Assembly: GCA_977862235.1 (NCBI GenBank)
Contig: OZ374561.1
Location: 2,418,001-2,482,000 of the forward strand
Source: Dudresnaya verticillata
Taxonomy: Eukaryota
Direction: 5' to 3'
Length of the DNA stretch: 64,000 nucleotides
The notes beneath the pieces were generated by a model that worked only from the letters and a program-made list of their open reading frames with translations, had not been told where the DNA came from and did not search any database. The translations under genes and the position numbers were made by a program. Positions 12,001 to 22,800 of this stretch are shown piece by piece. Every line of letters starts with the position of its first letter. Position 1 is the stretch's first letter.

Positions 12001-12644
12001 TTTTTTTACAAAGAGCAGATCTCGAGAAACAAGCAAGCTGGATGGGCCTGGAAGAGGCGAGGCGATATGCCTCTGAACAAAAGTTGGCCATCGATGAGAA
12101 CTTTATTGTTCCTCTTGAACAGCTGGACGATGATGCTCTCCAGATAGCTATCCAACAAGTGCCGAATCTGTATGCCAGTGCCTCTGAATCACTAGCAAAG
12201 ACTTTGCGCATGGACAGTCGATGTGAAGAGAAGACTGCCGCTAGAGCTGTGGCACTTGAACGAATATCGTACTTTAAGTCGCTCAAAAGCGGAATACGAG
12301 AATATGAAGATGTCATTTACAATAGCGACTTTTACACAAAATGGCAGGCGACCGAGGTATCGAAGCACCGGAGACTGCTGGATGGTGGTCCAGATTCTCT
12401 ACAACCACATCACAGTCTTCCTTCACATTGGCGAGGGTATTTTCTAACGTACGAGCAAGAAGCATCCAAGTTGGCTATTCGAGACGAAAGGTCGGCAGAT
12501 CAAAAGTCTGAATCCAAAAGCACGAGTGGCCGAGAAGCAAATATTCAAGGACATCGTCGCACACCAGTGAAGCGGTCAACCCCAGACCGGAACTTTGAAG
12601 AACCTAGAGGAAGGCCTCCTGTCCGGCGAAGGTGGGGGAATTAG
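9063..12644 (+). CDS. SNF2-family (ATRX/ARIP4-like) helicase-fold protein with degenerate catalytic motifs
   Basis: Motif I region AIFCHGIGFPRT (cf. ATRX-type CILAHCMGLGKT), Ia ILVVCPAS, II PGPDILVLDEAP, III LALTSLP, IV ERLVVFVSF, V INATQVVVLDANW, VI SQVVERVLNFG. Pro/Gln-rich disordered N-terminus; basic NLS-like termini. Confidence 0.75.
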   Translation: MKRKLGPFQPRRRKSATQRATDDPPPPLSAATPQQPVAATHVTLENTASALLPQQASILTPPARAIAVSHSPPPAAIGPANLASHPPATNPATNQSLLLPYPSTNASSVTQPPQKLTPDHPPIPVIDLTRLHPNQVASAPRPGLAQQQVASSNAFRSVPQQHTPTRSGATHGFTWQTPITPAGSAMPPNVHSPPARLSSAQNQNAGMNGHVGTPHALPFQPAPQPAVNETLSVSPPMAKDFRITALARTPAFHHLETLVFLQMNRPEVFDKFTQTCCQVYNNFYRRGKKPASHALQARPGQAVNGAQNLHGSQLDAVPPTAPPVSQSPTQEQIQAMLRDRLPQTQGEAKPQHPPAQSYPVPQPAVSTPAMNNNNSVNQLARMTLADEEHGDKGPIVPIVEARQFRARATIIGKIQERWDALMNDEGKPPALLSDDAKSYVIWKSVEKQVLLPVEFCDNLVGLLNNAKQLAAIQAEVLRFLWYYLMENRVSGAIFCHGIGFPRTHILATFFHLISEEVQGRRKQILVVCPASAVRQWRDAFNACQQSHARILSFESFAVDVLTWQEDRGILVCSSENYEEIIKLDFSTDRESALRGLCRPGPDILVLDEAPRVLAQDMLLLMHLNRTKTGSRLALTSLPFNGQLLRYWSILNWVAPEALGSQREYWKVFLRNIIAGSCEEATMQKRTTARWITQHLYRVVDHLTFRVNANTRIATLREKGSTLQEGNILCHLSQSHSAVYNRLAQLLTETVHREILSPYVAIHLLLIASTSLSALRTALSQKLKQEDGEFGIAADVCRPLSELLGKLPIADQECSTKIDILIRMGRHCLRTSERLVVFVSFPEVQEVVWSTLRDSLKVHEQSQLFNFDLATDPKHRAEQLSQFNIKKIGAILLVPYGPMLECMEDSGWGFINATQVVVLDANWHAASRSQVVERVLNFGCGGVPCIRIYNLLAGDTVDIVAHSEEVHQGSSPLLPRAIASIFLQRADLEKQASWMGLEEARRYASEQKLAIDENFIVPLEQLDDDALQIAIQQVPNLYASASESLAKTLRMDSRCEEKTAARAVALERISYFKSLKSGIREYEDVIYNSDFYTKWQATEVSKHRRLLDGGPDSLQPHHSLPSHWRGYFLTYEQEASKLAIRDERSADQKSESKSTSGREANIQGHRRTPVKRSTPDRNFEEPRGRPPVRRRWGN

Positions 12645-13081
12645 CGATGGGTGGTGTTGGATACAGATATTGAAAGTGCATCTTGATGGGGAGGATAGTT
12701 CGATTTATGCATGAAATTGGACGTATACCCTCAAACCCCTTGCAAATATATATGCCTCTAGTGGGGGTACTGCTCATTTTCTCAGCCCTACGGTATATAC
12801 TAACTTGTTTAACAACAGATAAAATGGCAGATAAAATGGCCGAGACCGACTGAAATTGGAAGGCTATTCACTTGCCGTCGAAAGGAATGGGGCAGATATT
12901 TTTTCTAGGGATAGTGCTTGTCGCCATTGCCAATCGCAACGCAGTAGAGCTAAAAGGATTGTCTTTCTCTCCGAGTAGACACGAGTAGACAAGGCAGTAA
13001 AGTACTTTACGAGAAGCTGAGTGGGTACTGCAATAATAACAATGCGAAAGAAATTGAAACAAATTGACGGATTGCGTGTTG

Positions 13082-13082
<1 letters not shown>

Positions 13083-13115
<33 letters not shown>
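13083..13115 (+). repeat. Poly-G tract (33 G)
   Basis: Uninterrupted G run between the SNF2-like gene and MRE11. Confidence 0.9.
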
Positions 13116-13969
13116 CTATAGCTTGGGGACCACAGTGTTACAGTAGGAATGATCAAGGCCCCTTAGAGCTTATTACTCTCAATGTTGCAATTAAAGATAT
13201 GCTTCTAGAAAATGATGAACCGCCCGCGCTCTAAGGACAGACCTGGACTTTTTAAGAACACCTGGAGTATCCCTCAACAGTGGATATATCTGTTTCAATA
13301 ATAGAGCGTTAGAGCGTTCTTCTCACGTATAATTTGCGTGAAAATCAGGCTCTTGCCCAACATGTTCCAGTAGCTGGTGTCTCATGCAGTCGTGATCCGT
13401 TTGAGAACAAGAGGGCCAGAGAGAATGGAAAAAAAGGAATTTCGCCCGTCCAGCCTATCTTCCTGGCCTTCCACGTTGGAAAGCCCAGCGGATAATATCA
13501 ATGGCATGATGACTAGCCTTCAATGTCGATGACAAATTCACGAGGCATTCCAAAAACTGCGGCTTGTTGCGAGCATTCTACAGTATCACAATCGCAAGCA
13601 ATCGCAAGCAATCGCAAGCACACACAGCAAGCAGCTGCCGCGCATTGCTGCCACTAAAACGAAGGTACAGTAATGTATTGTTGGCACCCCCCACAGCCAA
13701 TTGCCGCGCCGCATCCCCTGCCATTGGAGCAGCTACCCGCGTTGGAGAGGCGGTTTTTGAACAACACAGGTTGCAGTCTCGCTACATTTTTGCCCGCATT
13801 GGAAGGAGAATGCTTTAAGAGGTCGTAGCAAAATGCTTCCTCTACGCCCATCATATTCCCGGGTCCAGGACAAAAGCCGGCGCTGTGTTCCGCAAATGCA
13901 TATCCATTCAACCAAGTTCCATTGCCACCCACATGCACTCACAACTGCCGCGAACTATACTCTCAAGCC

Positions 13970-15889
13970 ATGGCAAACTCGACAAAACTCGAACAACCCG
14001 CTCCATGGGCATCCTCAAAGCAGCCGAAACCCTCTTCAACTATCAACATCCTCATCTCAACCGACAATCACCTAGGCTACAATGAGCATGACCCACGACG
14101 CGGAGACGACTCTTTTCGCACGTTTGAAGAAGTCCTCTGTCTCGCCCGCTCTAACAATGTCGACATGCTGCTTCTTGGGGGAGACCTCTTTCACCAAAAC
14201 AGGCCGTCCCGGAAGACTTTGTACAGAACAATGCGTCTTCTCCGCATCTACTGCCTGTCAGGTACCCCCCAAACAAAACTAAGAGTTGTTTCCGACCCAC
14301 GCTCCACGTCTACAGTTCCCCACCGCGCCGAGGTCGCGCTCCCTGTCTTTATTATTCATGGAAATCATGATGACCCCACAGGTGGCATTGGCGACGGCGC
14401 CCTGAGCGCACTCGATCTGCTTGAAATGGCCGGTCTAATAACTTATTTTGGTCGCTCCAACTTCTCAAAGAGAATCAACGTCGCCCCGCTCCTCCTGCAA
14501 AAGAAAAACACAGGATTGGCACTTTATGGTCTAGGAAATATTCGCGACGAGGTCCTGCATGATACCTGGTCCACGCAAAATGCGGTATCCTTTGAGCAAC
14601 CAAAGCTTCCTAACGACATCAGCAACGACGAAATTCAGCCCGTCCCCCCTTCATCCTGGTTCTCTCTATTCACGTTACATCAGAACAGATACTCTAGAGG
14701 CTCGTCCCAAGGCATTTCCGAGACCCTCCTACCAGAGTGGCTAGACTATGTTGTGTGGGGTCATGAACACGAAAGTTTGGCAAGTCTGCCGAACACCAAG
14801 CCATTCATCGTACAACCTGGGTCTACTGTAGCAACCTCACTTTCCAAGAGCGAGGCAGGGTACAAAAACGCAGTATTAATAGAGGTGGACGACGGAAAGT
14901 TGATGAGTCATCGGGTTGTCGCGCTGCACACCGTTCGAGGGTTCGAGTTTGGGGACGTATCACTAAGATTATTGGAAGGCGTACAAGAAGCGGACCATCA
15001 GATTAAGATATCGAGAGTGTTAGAAGGTGTAGTCAACGGGATGTTGTCGAAGCAGAACGCTTTATTTGAGCAAAAGCTCTCTTCATTTCGCAATAGATCC
15101 CGTAACAAGGTTATCAACGGGGTTGTATACCCTCCATACGAATTTTATACCGACAAGCTTGAAGGGGTGCGGCAGCCATTATTGAGGCTGAGGGTAGAAA
15201 TTACAGGAGATTGGAACACACCAAGCCCGCAGGCCTTTGGTAGAAATTATGAGGACACAGTCGGGTGGCCTTGGGGGATTTTGTTGTACTACCGAACAAG
15301 AAGCTTGATGCCTAAGAAACGAATGCGACGAGAGGGCGAGGGAATCGAACCGAAAGATGGAAATTGCTCCGGAGGTGAAAGTGCTGATGAAGTGGATCGC
15401 ACCCGAAATGAAGCAGAGGAACACAAGGTGAAAAACATCAGTTCAGAACTGAAGCGATTTCTGTCCAGGGAAGATCAAAGAGCTCAAGGATTAGAATTTT
15501 TGGAGATAGACAAGCTTTGTGAAGCTGTCGGAGAATTCGTCCACGGCGAGGATACGGCGGCTATCCGGACGCATGTGGAGAAGTATATGCGGAAGACTCA
15601 AGATGATTGTGCTATTGAACTGGATGCAAATAGGCGACGTGTAGACGAGAGCGCGTTGGCAGAACGTTTTTATCGCAATGCTCGAGAAGCTCACTTGCGC
15701 TTTTTGAAAGATGAACAAGATGTGTTCGACGGGGTTGTGTCAAATAACTTGCTTCACTCAAGCGAAGGAGTTCGGGGCAGAGGGCGAGGGCGTCGGAGTA
15801 AAAGAGGCAGGAGCAGCACGCGGGGGAGCGGAGAGGGAGGAAAGCGACGGGGAGAACGAGAAAGAGAGAAAGAAATAAGTGAAGAATAA
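13970..15889 (+). CDS. MRE11: Double-strand break repair nuclease MRE11
   Basis: All five phosphoesterase motifs: STDNHLG, GGDLFH, IHGNHDD, LHQN, WGHEH. Also LYGLGNIRDE, QPGSTVATSL, capping-domain PLLRLRVE and a C-terminal RG-rich (GAR-like) tract. ATG at 13970. Confidence 0.95.
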   Translation: MANSTKLEQPAPWASSKQPKPSSTINILISTDNHLGYNEHDPRRGDDSFRTFEEVLCLARSNNVDMLLLGGDLFHQNRPSRKTLYRTMRLLRIYCLSGTPQTKLRVVSDPRSTSTVPHRAEVALPVFIIHGNHDDPTGGIGDGALSALDLLEMAGLITYFGRSNFSKRINVAPLLLQKKNTGLALYGLGNIRDEVLHDTWSTQNAVSFEQPKLPNDISNDEIQPVPPSSWFSLFTLHQNRYSRGSSQGISETLLPEWLDYVVWGHEHESLASLPNTKPFIVQPGSTVATSLSKSEAGYKNAVLIEVDDGKLMSHRVVALHTVRGFEFGDVSLRLLEGVQEADHQIKISRVLEGVVNGMLSKQNALFEQKLSSFRNRSRNKVINGVVYPPYEFYTDKLEGVRQPLLRLRVEITGDWNTPSPQAFGRNYEDTVGWPWGILLYYRTRSLMPKKRMRREGEGIEPKDGNCSGGESADEVDRTRNEAEEHKVKNISSELKRFLSREDQRAQGLEFLEIDKLCEAVGEFVHGEDTAAIRTHVEKYMRKTQDDCAIELDANRRRVDESALAERFYRNAREAHLRFLKDEQDVFDGVVSNNLLHSSEGVRGRGRGRRSKRGRSSTRGSGEGGKRRGEREREKEISEE

Positions 15890-18841
15890 CGACCGAGATT
15901 GGGAACGTCCAGTGCCTGATAAAAGCTGAGCGATATTAGCGAAACAAAGTTATTAGAAGGAAACCCCAGAGGGTGAGGTTTTGTAGACAACAAACCAGTC
16001 GTGTAAGTTATTTGGTAGGCTTTCTTTACAAGACCAAGCAATCTTGGACTATAGGCGTTGTTCGTTGTTCTCAGCTTTCTACTAGCAATCTAACCGACTG
16101 ACGGGGCTAGGTACAACCCCAATTACTCTGAATGTAAAGATCTTCATCCTCTGTAGCAGGTGCCCTATGCATAGTTGAAAGACCATACAGGCTGTATGTA
16201 TAAGCGTAGCCCAAGTTGTATGTATGATACAGCTTGGGCTACGCTTTATGGCTTTCAACTTAGACCTGCAGTGCTGCATTTTTGATATTGCGTGCTCTTC
16301 ACCTCAGCCCGCAGGCCCACTATGCGTTCTGTGCTCTTCTATGCGGGCCTTCAAGTAGTCTAGTGATTTTGACAACCTGGAGCCACTGTGAAAGCAGGCC
16401 TGGTGTCAGACGGATTGATATGGAAACGCGAAAATTGCAGAAGATACAGTGATGCAAACAAAACGGCATTGAACAATACTTTTCTTATGGGACAGACTTT
16501 ATGCTCTGCTCATAGACCATGGGACAGAACAAAAGGATAAATAACACTGAATTTGATTGTTGCATGCTGGCTTTGTGAACCTAAGTTGTTGATAAGATCT
16601 GCGATCGAAAAAAGGGTTCGGGCGATTCTGTTAGAAAAGTAGAATAAGGATACAGTGTAGTAGGGGAGAAGAGGAGAGACGATAATGATAGAAATAAGAG
16701 TAAGGTTACAAGAAGAATGAACAGGAATGATGATTGATCTAGCCATTGGTCCGTGGGCTGGACAGGAAGCGATTGCTGAACTTCCGGATTTATCGGATAC
16801 CCACGAAGTGAACAAAAATATCAAGTGCTGAGCTTCTCACTCCATGGGGGTTGTATGCCTAATTTGTGAAGAAATACAAACGGTATTAGCACGATAGGGA
16901 AGGTGATGGCGCGTAAAACATCAGAAGAATCTGGAGTTTGTTTCAAGGAAGACAATGTTAATTCTCCGAACTGCAGCATTCTGGTAAGCTCATTCTAGAA
17001 AATCTCGGGAATTCCTTTCCCGAAAAGTGTGTGACAACCTTTATTTTAATCGTCAGTAGCACCTTCCCGGAAAAGCACTCACTTCGTCTAGTTACGAAGC
17101 ATGTATCCACATTATTTCCGCTTCATCGATTTCCGGTTACCGCGATGGGTCTTTTGCTCCGAGCCACCGCGGGGGACTCTGCGCTGCTCGGGGCAGCGCA
17201 GTATTCCCCGCGGCTGGTCATTGAAGGCATTCCGCTTAAATCCGTTCTGCTGAAGCTAGGCACACGGAAAAAGCTGGTTAGTACTAGTGTGGCAGTTGCA
17301 GACAACTGAAAATATTCTTTTATAGAGCAAAGCTTGTATCACTTGTTCTTGAGATGCTATATGTGAGTGGCTATACGACAAACGGTAAACTTTTATCCAA
17401 TCCGACCTAGTGCAGCCGACTGCGCATGGCTATTTCCCCTACGTCTCGGATTGATCCTCTTTGAGGATTCCTACACGGCGTCCGCCCCGTGGCAGCGTGG
17501 CCACGTGGCTGCAACCCGTCGCCGTCGCTTACTCCGTCGCGGTACAATACAGTAGTATTCCGCGCGTGCCTCGCATATACTGTACTGTAGCTTCAGCACG
17601 AATAGACGAAATTGAAGACCAAACAGTCCGTGCCGAGCCATGAAACGTTCTTTATAGCAAGTCACCGGACCCCAGATGTGGGGCCCTGGTGCACCTCGTG
17701 TCCAATGAGACACAGTAGCTCCGATATTCCTTATATAGAACGACTAAGGAGAACAAAGGCATGAGGGTCGAAGTGTAGCAGTATGCCACCGGCCAGAAAC
17801 AGCAAAGAACAAGAAAAAACAGCTGTGCGATGTCACACGCTAATGTGTGGTAGCTCGAGGGAGGATTGGTAGAGGCTTGCAAAAGGCGGGCCCTGATGAC
17901 CCGAAAGGGGGGGTGCGGAAGCACGGTAAAGACTCGGCGCGACCGACTGAAGGAAGGTATAGAGGTTGCGACCCGGTGTTTCGTAGAGTACTTGTCGTAC
18001 GATGTCCGGGCCTGTACTGGGCGACCCCTACAGTGGCGGAGCGTCCGAGCGACCAAAAGGTGGAAACTTCCCGAACAACTCTGCTGAGTGTTTATTCTGA
18101 GGGCGCCGGCTATTCCGGCGCCCATAAGTAGGGCTTGACAGCCGAAACGTCTATCAGCCCGAAAGCGGGTCTAAGTTAGTCTATGATTATAGTTACGTAG
18201 GTTAGTACAGTCAGTACGAGTCAAACGTGGGAATGCATTCCAGTTAGGGAACTTGGTGGCGGATACGCCGGTGCGCAAGCCGAGGTCCCGGCTGCACTGT
18301 CGACACCCTGAGCGCAGAGATGCTCCTCGTCCGTGAGTAGGAGCGCAGCGGCGCGTCATAAATCAACCAATACGAGGTGTCCCACTGGCGTCATTACAAT
18401 GCCACGTGTACACCACGTGTATAGCTCTAAGTCCACGTGTAACTGTGGTGCAATCCACTGAGGAAGAATCGACAGAGGATACACCTCGGCTGTTCGGGGG
18501 CCCGTGGGTAGCGAGGGCTGGTTGGTAGAGCTGGAAAATGCCCCTTGGTGTGACTGTAGAACACCAAAAGACAGAAAAAGGGAGGTTCCTTAGAAAGAAG
18601 GAGAAAGCAAGAGAAAATAAAGGAAAAACAGGATTCTGTACGATGAAGAAGGGTAGCGGATGTACTGGAGTCCAGCCTAAAGAGGGAGTCGATAGGGTAG
18701 GAGGGTACGTCTCGCTGGGCCCAAGCTTAGCCGTTTACTGTATGAGGGCGCACCTCAGGGCCCTATTATACTATGTAGGAGACGGGTGCGCCTTGGTGGC
18801 GGATTAAGGTAGTGGAAGGGGGGCGCCCCACTTGGCATTAC

Positions 18842-19441
18842 TGTGGCACAACGGTGATTTCCGCCAAGTGAGCGCTCGACGCTGTAAGGCGTAACGGGAC
18901 AATGCCCTGTAAGGCGCTGGCATTGCTGGACTGCGCCATGATGCGACAAGTGATTGGCGCCTGGCGCGAAATCATCTGCGCCTCAGACGAGCAATTGGCG
19001 CCTGATCATTGGTGCGGCGCTGGGATATTTCCCGATTATACGCCGCCACAGGGGCGTAGATCCGCCTCCCATTGCTCAATGTAATTCGTGTACAGTACAC
19101 TGTAGTAGTTAGTATTAGCACGGGCACAAGCCCTATTTATTGGTCCCCTGAATAGCAGGGCACCCCTGATTGAACCCTACGGGGAGTTTCTCGGTCTTGA
19201 CCATTTTCTGGATTCCGGGCGCTTCCCGTTCCCGTTTTGGACGCCAACTACAGGCTCGTCACCGTACGGCAGGTTCTCTGCGGAATACCGGGTCGCGTCC
19301 CCCTTTTTCCCTTTCCTTTTTCCTGGCCTAGCGCCATTCTACCAAGCCTCTACCACACCCGAGCTACCTGTGAGCACGACGGTTCCGGACAGGTGTCCTT
19401 TGTTCTTTTTGCTCTTCCTGGGCTGGACCCGTTGTGCTACA
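18842..19441 (+). repeat. 5' LTR of Gypsy element (600 bp)
   Basis: TGTGGCACAACGG...CCGTTGTGCTACA. Matches 30845-31422 apart from a 22-bp insertion (CGGGACAATGCCCTGTAAGGCG) and about 8 substitutions counted by eye. Confidence 0.95.
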
Positions 19442-19442
19442 T

Positions 19443-19455
19443 TGGTCTCCCGACC
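19443..19455 (+). promoter_or_regulatory. Primer-binding site (PBS)
   Basis: TGGTCTCCCGACC begins 1 nt after the 5' LTR and is complementary to a tRNA 3' end ...CGGGAGACCA. This resembles yeast tRNA-Tyr from memory; the host tRNA was not verified. Confidence 0.65.
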
Positions 19456-20031
19456 TAGAAGTGTTCTGGGTTGGTTTCCCCTTTCTTCCTCAACCCCGGT
19501 TGGTTAACTCAACGTGTGCAAGACCCAAGACGTTGTTTCGTGTCAAGGACGAGTTTCCCGGCCAACCGGTGTTGAAACCCTAGTCAGGATTGTTGACGGT
19601 TTCTACGCTCCATCTCAAGCCGCTGAGTAGCGTCAAATCAGTGGCGAGCACGTTTATTCTTGGAATTACAACCGGCCCTAGTGGCCATTTGGAAGTTGCC
19701 GTTGAGGGCGTGATTGACGCCCCCCTCAAGACTGCTTCGACAGGTTATCGGTGCATCCTGGTAAAACACCGTCCTTTTGTACAGGCCGTGCCAGCGCACA
19801 AGTTGGAGAGTCCTCTTGGAGAAATCGCTGGTAGCCCTGAAGTCTACCAAGGCTTACGTACGAGCACCGTGCTCAAGCTGGAAAGGATTCCCCTTCGACG
19901 CACCGTCTCGTGCGACAACACTTACGGAACGCCGGTTGGCGCATCGGGAAAAAAGTCCCGTCGACCCACCGGTCCTTCCGGAATTACTACCTATTTTTGG
20001 GACGGGTTATTAGTCCCATACAATCGAAAGG

Positions 20032-22800
20032 ATGCCGACATCGAATGGCGATACAACCAGGCCGAGCCTCACCGGCCGTGGTGGCAGTCGTGCCGGAAGT
20101 CTTTCCTCCGTCCGTATCTCGGGTGTTACCACCCGTTCAGGGACTGCCGCGCTAAGGCGCAGCCCTTCGGACGGACGATTGGGGCGACGCCATACCGACG
20201 GCCACGCCCCCGATGAAGACGGTCCCGAACCAAGGTCAACCCGCGAACGACCGCCATTGGTTGGAAGTTCGAGGCCCGACCTTGTTCTCGGGACTACTCC
20301 CGGTTTAATGCCGAACCCTGGAAGGGATTCGGCCTCGCTTGAAGGAAAAATCAACCGGTCAGAACCGCAAACATCCACACACGTGGATGGGAATGAGGAC
20401 CAGGGTCCAGAAGTGATGCCGGAATCAGGGCGACTCCCCAGTGGACGATCGACCGATTACGCGGCACCGACAGAGGTCGACTCGGCGCCTGGATATGGGC
20501 AGCCGACCCGAACGAATATCAATTCGGAGGATGTCCGATGCTTTACGGAATCGGAGATCCACCGAATGGTCGCTGATGGTGTTGGTCACCTCGTGGCGAC
20601 CCAAATCAGGCCGCTTGCCGCAGCACAGGCTGACGAAACGCTCACGCGTGTAAAATGCTACATTGATGAGTCAGCCGGTCGCCGATATGAGCGGATACTG
20701 ACCTTGTGTCAAGAGGAAATGACCGGCCGCATCCGCCACTCCGATACAGGACAGAGAGTGGCGGATGAAATGGAATCACTCGATGCGAGGATAGAATCGC
20801 TCGTGGAGCGGGTGGAAACGATCCACGGAGATTTTGAGTCCCTCACTCGAGTAGTGGACCTCTCACGGGAAGAAGCGTCCGAAGCAGTTCGGGCCCTTCG
20901 CCTCGATGGGAACGACGCCATGTGCGTAGAACAGGACCGAGCAATTGCGCTCTTACGGAAGGAACTAGCTGACGAACGGCGTCGGGTCAATATAATCGAG
21001 ACTCGTCTCCAGTTATGCCTTCTTGAGAAGAACATATCGCCTCAAGTGGAGCGACGCCGGAGCCCGGTGCCAAAGGGCACCCGAGACCGGCGACGTCATT
21101 CGCCTAGGCGAGACTCCGATGCGGAATCGGTACACGACCATTCGGATGTGGACAGCCCGCGCGAGGCGCATTCCGGTTGCAAAACCTGCCGTACTGGTCA
21201 AGGGACTGAATTCCGTCGAGACCGGGATGAACCACGTCGGTCGGCGCAGCGGCGTCAGCCGCAGTTCTCCGAAAAGGATAGTTCCCCACCGAGGAGTTCA
21301 TCGCGCCCCTCTTGGTGAGGACCTAGACGCTCAGACATTAAGGAGCTGGCTCCGCAGAACCCGGCTTTCATTCAGGTTCTCTCTTATCGACGCTATCGTC
21401 TGCTGAACCTGGACCAATACAGGGGTCCAGAGGTCACGGAGGACACGTCGAAAAAGATCAAGAGGATCAAGTCCGTAATGAAGAGTCGCAAGTTCGACGG
21501 AAGTGACCCAGTTGCGATCATTGGCTTCTTAGCCGCTTTGAAGCGCCAACTGGACCAAGCCAGGATAAGCGAAGGAGCAGCAATCCTTGTACTGCCCGAG
21601 TTCCTGGATAAGGATGCGTGAGACATGTTCGAAGCCAACTTCGACGTGGCCGGGGATGATAATGGAGGATTCTCCGAGTGGCCCGAGGCCGTCAATTACC
21701 TCCTACGCACATATGCGAAGGATGTGTACATCGAGAGGATAGCCTCGGAAATGGACCGTATGGCACAAGCCGAGGATGAGGACGAAGTGACCTTCTCACG
21801 TCGCCTCCAGAATAGGGCTCGAAAGGTCGCGGGTGTGTATACAGAACAGGATCTGATTACCCGGTTCATCCGTGGACTCTTGCCGGCCACAAAGCCGTTA
21901 CTGAGTAATTCGGGTTTGGACCCACGGACGGCAAAGCTTGCAGACTATGTGGAACTGGCTACTGCCCAAGGTGACTCACACCGGGCCCTCATAGGCGCTG
22001 GTCGTCGAGAACGTGTCTCTGGTACTTCAATGTTGCGACGAAAGTCCTCCGTTAAATCCAAAAAGGCCGGACGGGCGCTACTGGTCAGACAGGGACATCC
22101 CAATACTGAGGTCGCGTCAAGTGACAGTGGTGGCTCTACAAGGACTAGCTCCGATTCGGAGGACGCTGTGGTGGCGGCCATCGACAGCCAAGCGCCGGAT
22201 TCGTCCGTAACAACATCGGGAGTCTGGTCCACAGCCCCGTCTGATGCTACGGACAGCTATTATGACTCCGTCAGTGCGGTACTCTCCAACCAGAATCCGA
22301 GGCTTCCCTCGTGGGTCCAACCATCTCGCACACAGCGTCCCGGCTGGTTAGTGGTGGAGGATAGGCCGAATGACATCTGCTTCGAATGTCTGGGTATCGG
22401 GCATAAAAAGCCCAATTGCCCATATCTGGCACGAACAGACGAGCGTGGCTTCTCACAGATACTACGTAACCACTACGCCCAACTCTCCAGGGAGCAACGG
22501 GAATGGCTGTCCATCGTGGGCCGTTCGCCATCATTCGCGAATGAGATGCGTCCCTCGGATCCAGGTCCTCAAAATTCACGCCGACATTTCAGCGAGGGCA
22601 CGGCCAGCCCGCACCCAGAGAACAGGGGGGCACCCCGACCGGCAAGTCCCCAGGTGCAGTTCGCCGATGCACTCAACCATCCCGTGGATAGGCCGCGGAG
22701 TAACCCCCGCTCTCCTCGCCCAAGTGGCAGACCGTTCCCACCTCCTCCGCCTCTACCGGCATCCCCATCAGCAAAACACGGCCGTGTGCCGAAAAACTAG
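20032..22800 (+). pseudogene. gag: Gypsy gag (two in-frame TGA stops)
   Basis: ORFs 20032-21318 and 21625-22800 are in one frame, interrupted by TGA at 21316-18 and 21619-21. The intervening segment reads KFDGSDPVAIIGFL (capsid-like). Zinc knuckle CFECLGIGHKKPNC (CX2CX4HX4C). Confidence 0.85.

Noticed and set aside
18380..18398. CATTACA as the end of LTR A
   Set aside because: Flank ATGCC does not match TSD CGAAG; the end at 31964 has both the matching inverted terminus and the TSD.
19590..20216. 208-aa ORF upstream of gag
   Set aside because: Non-ATG start, GC-rich leader, overlaps gag, no motif; not supported as a gene.
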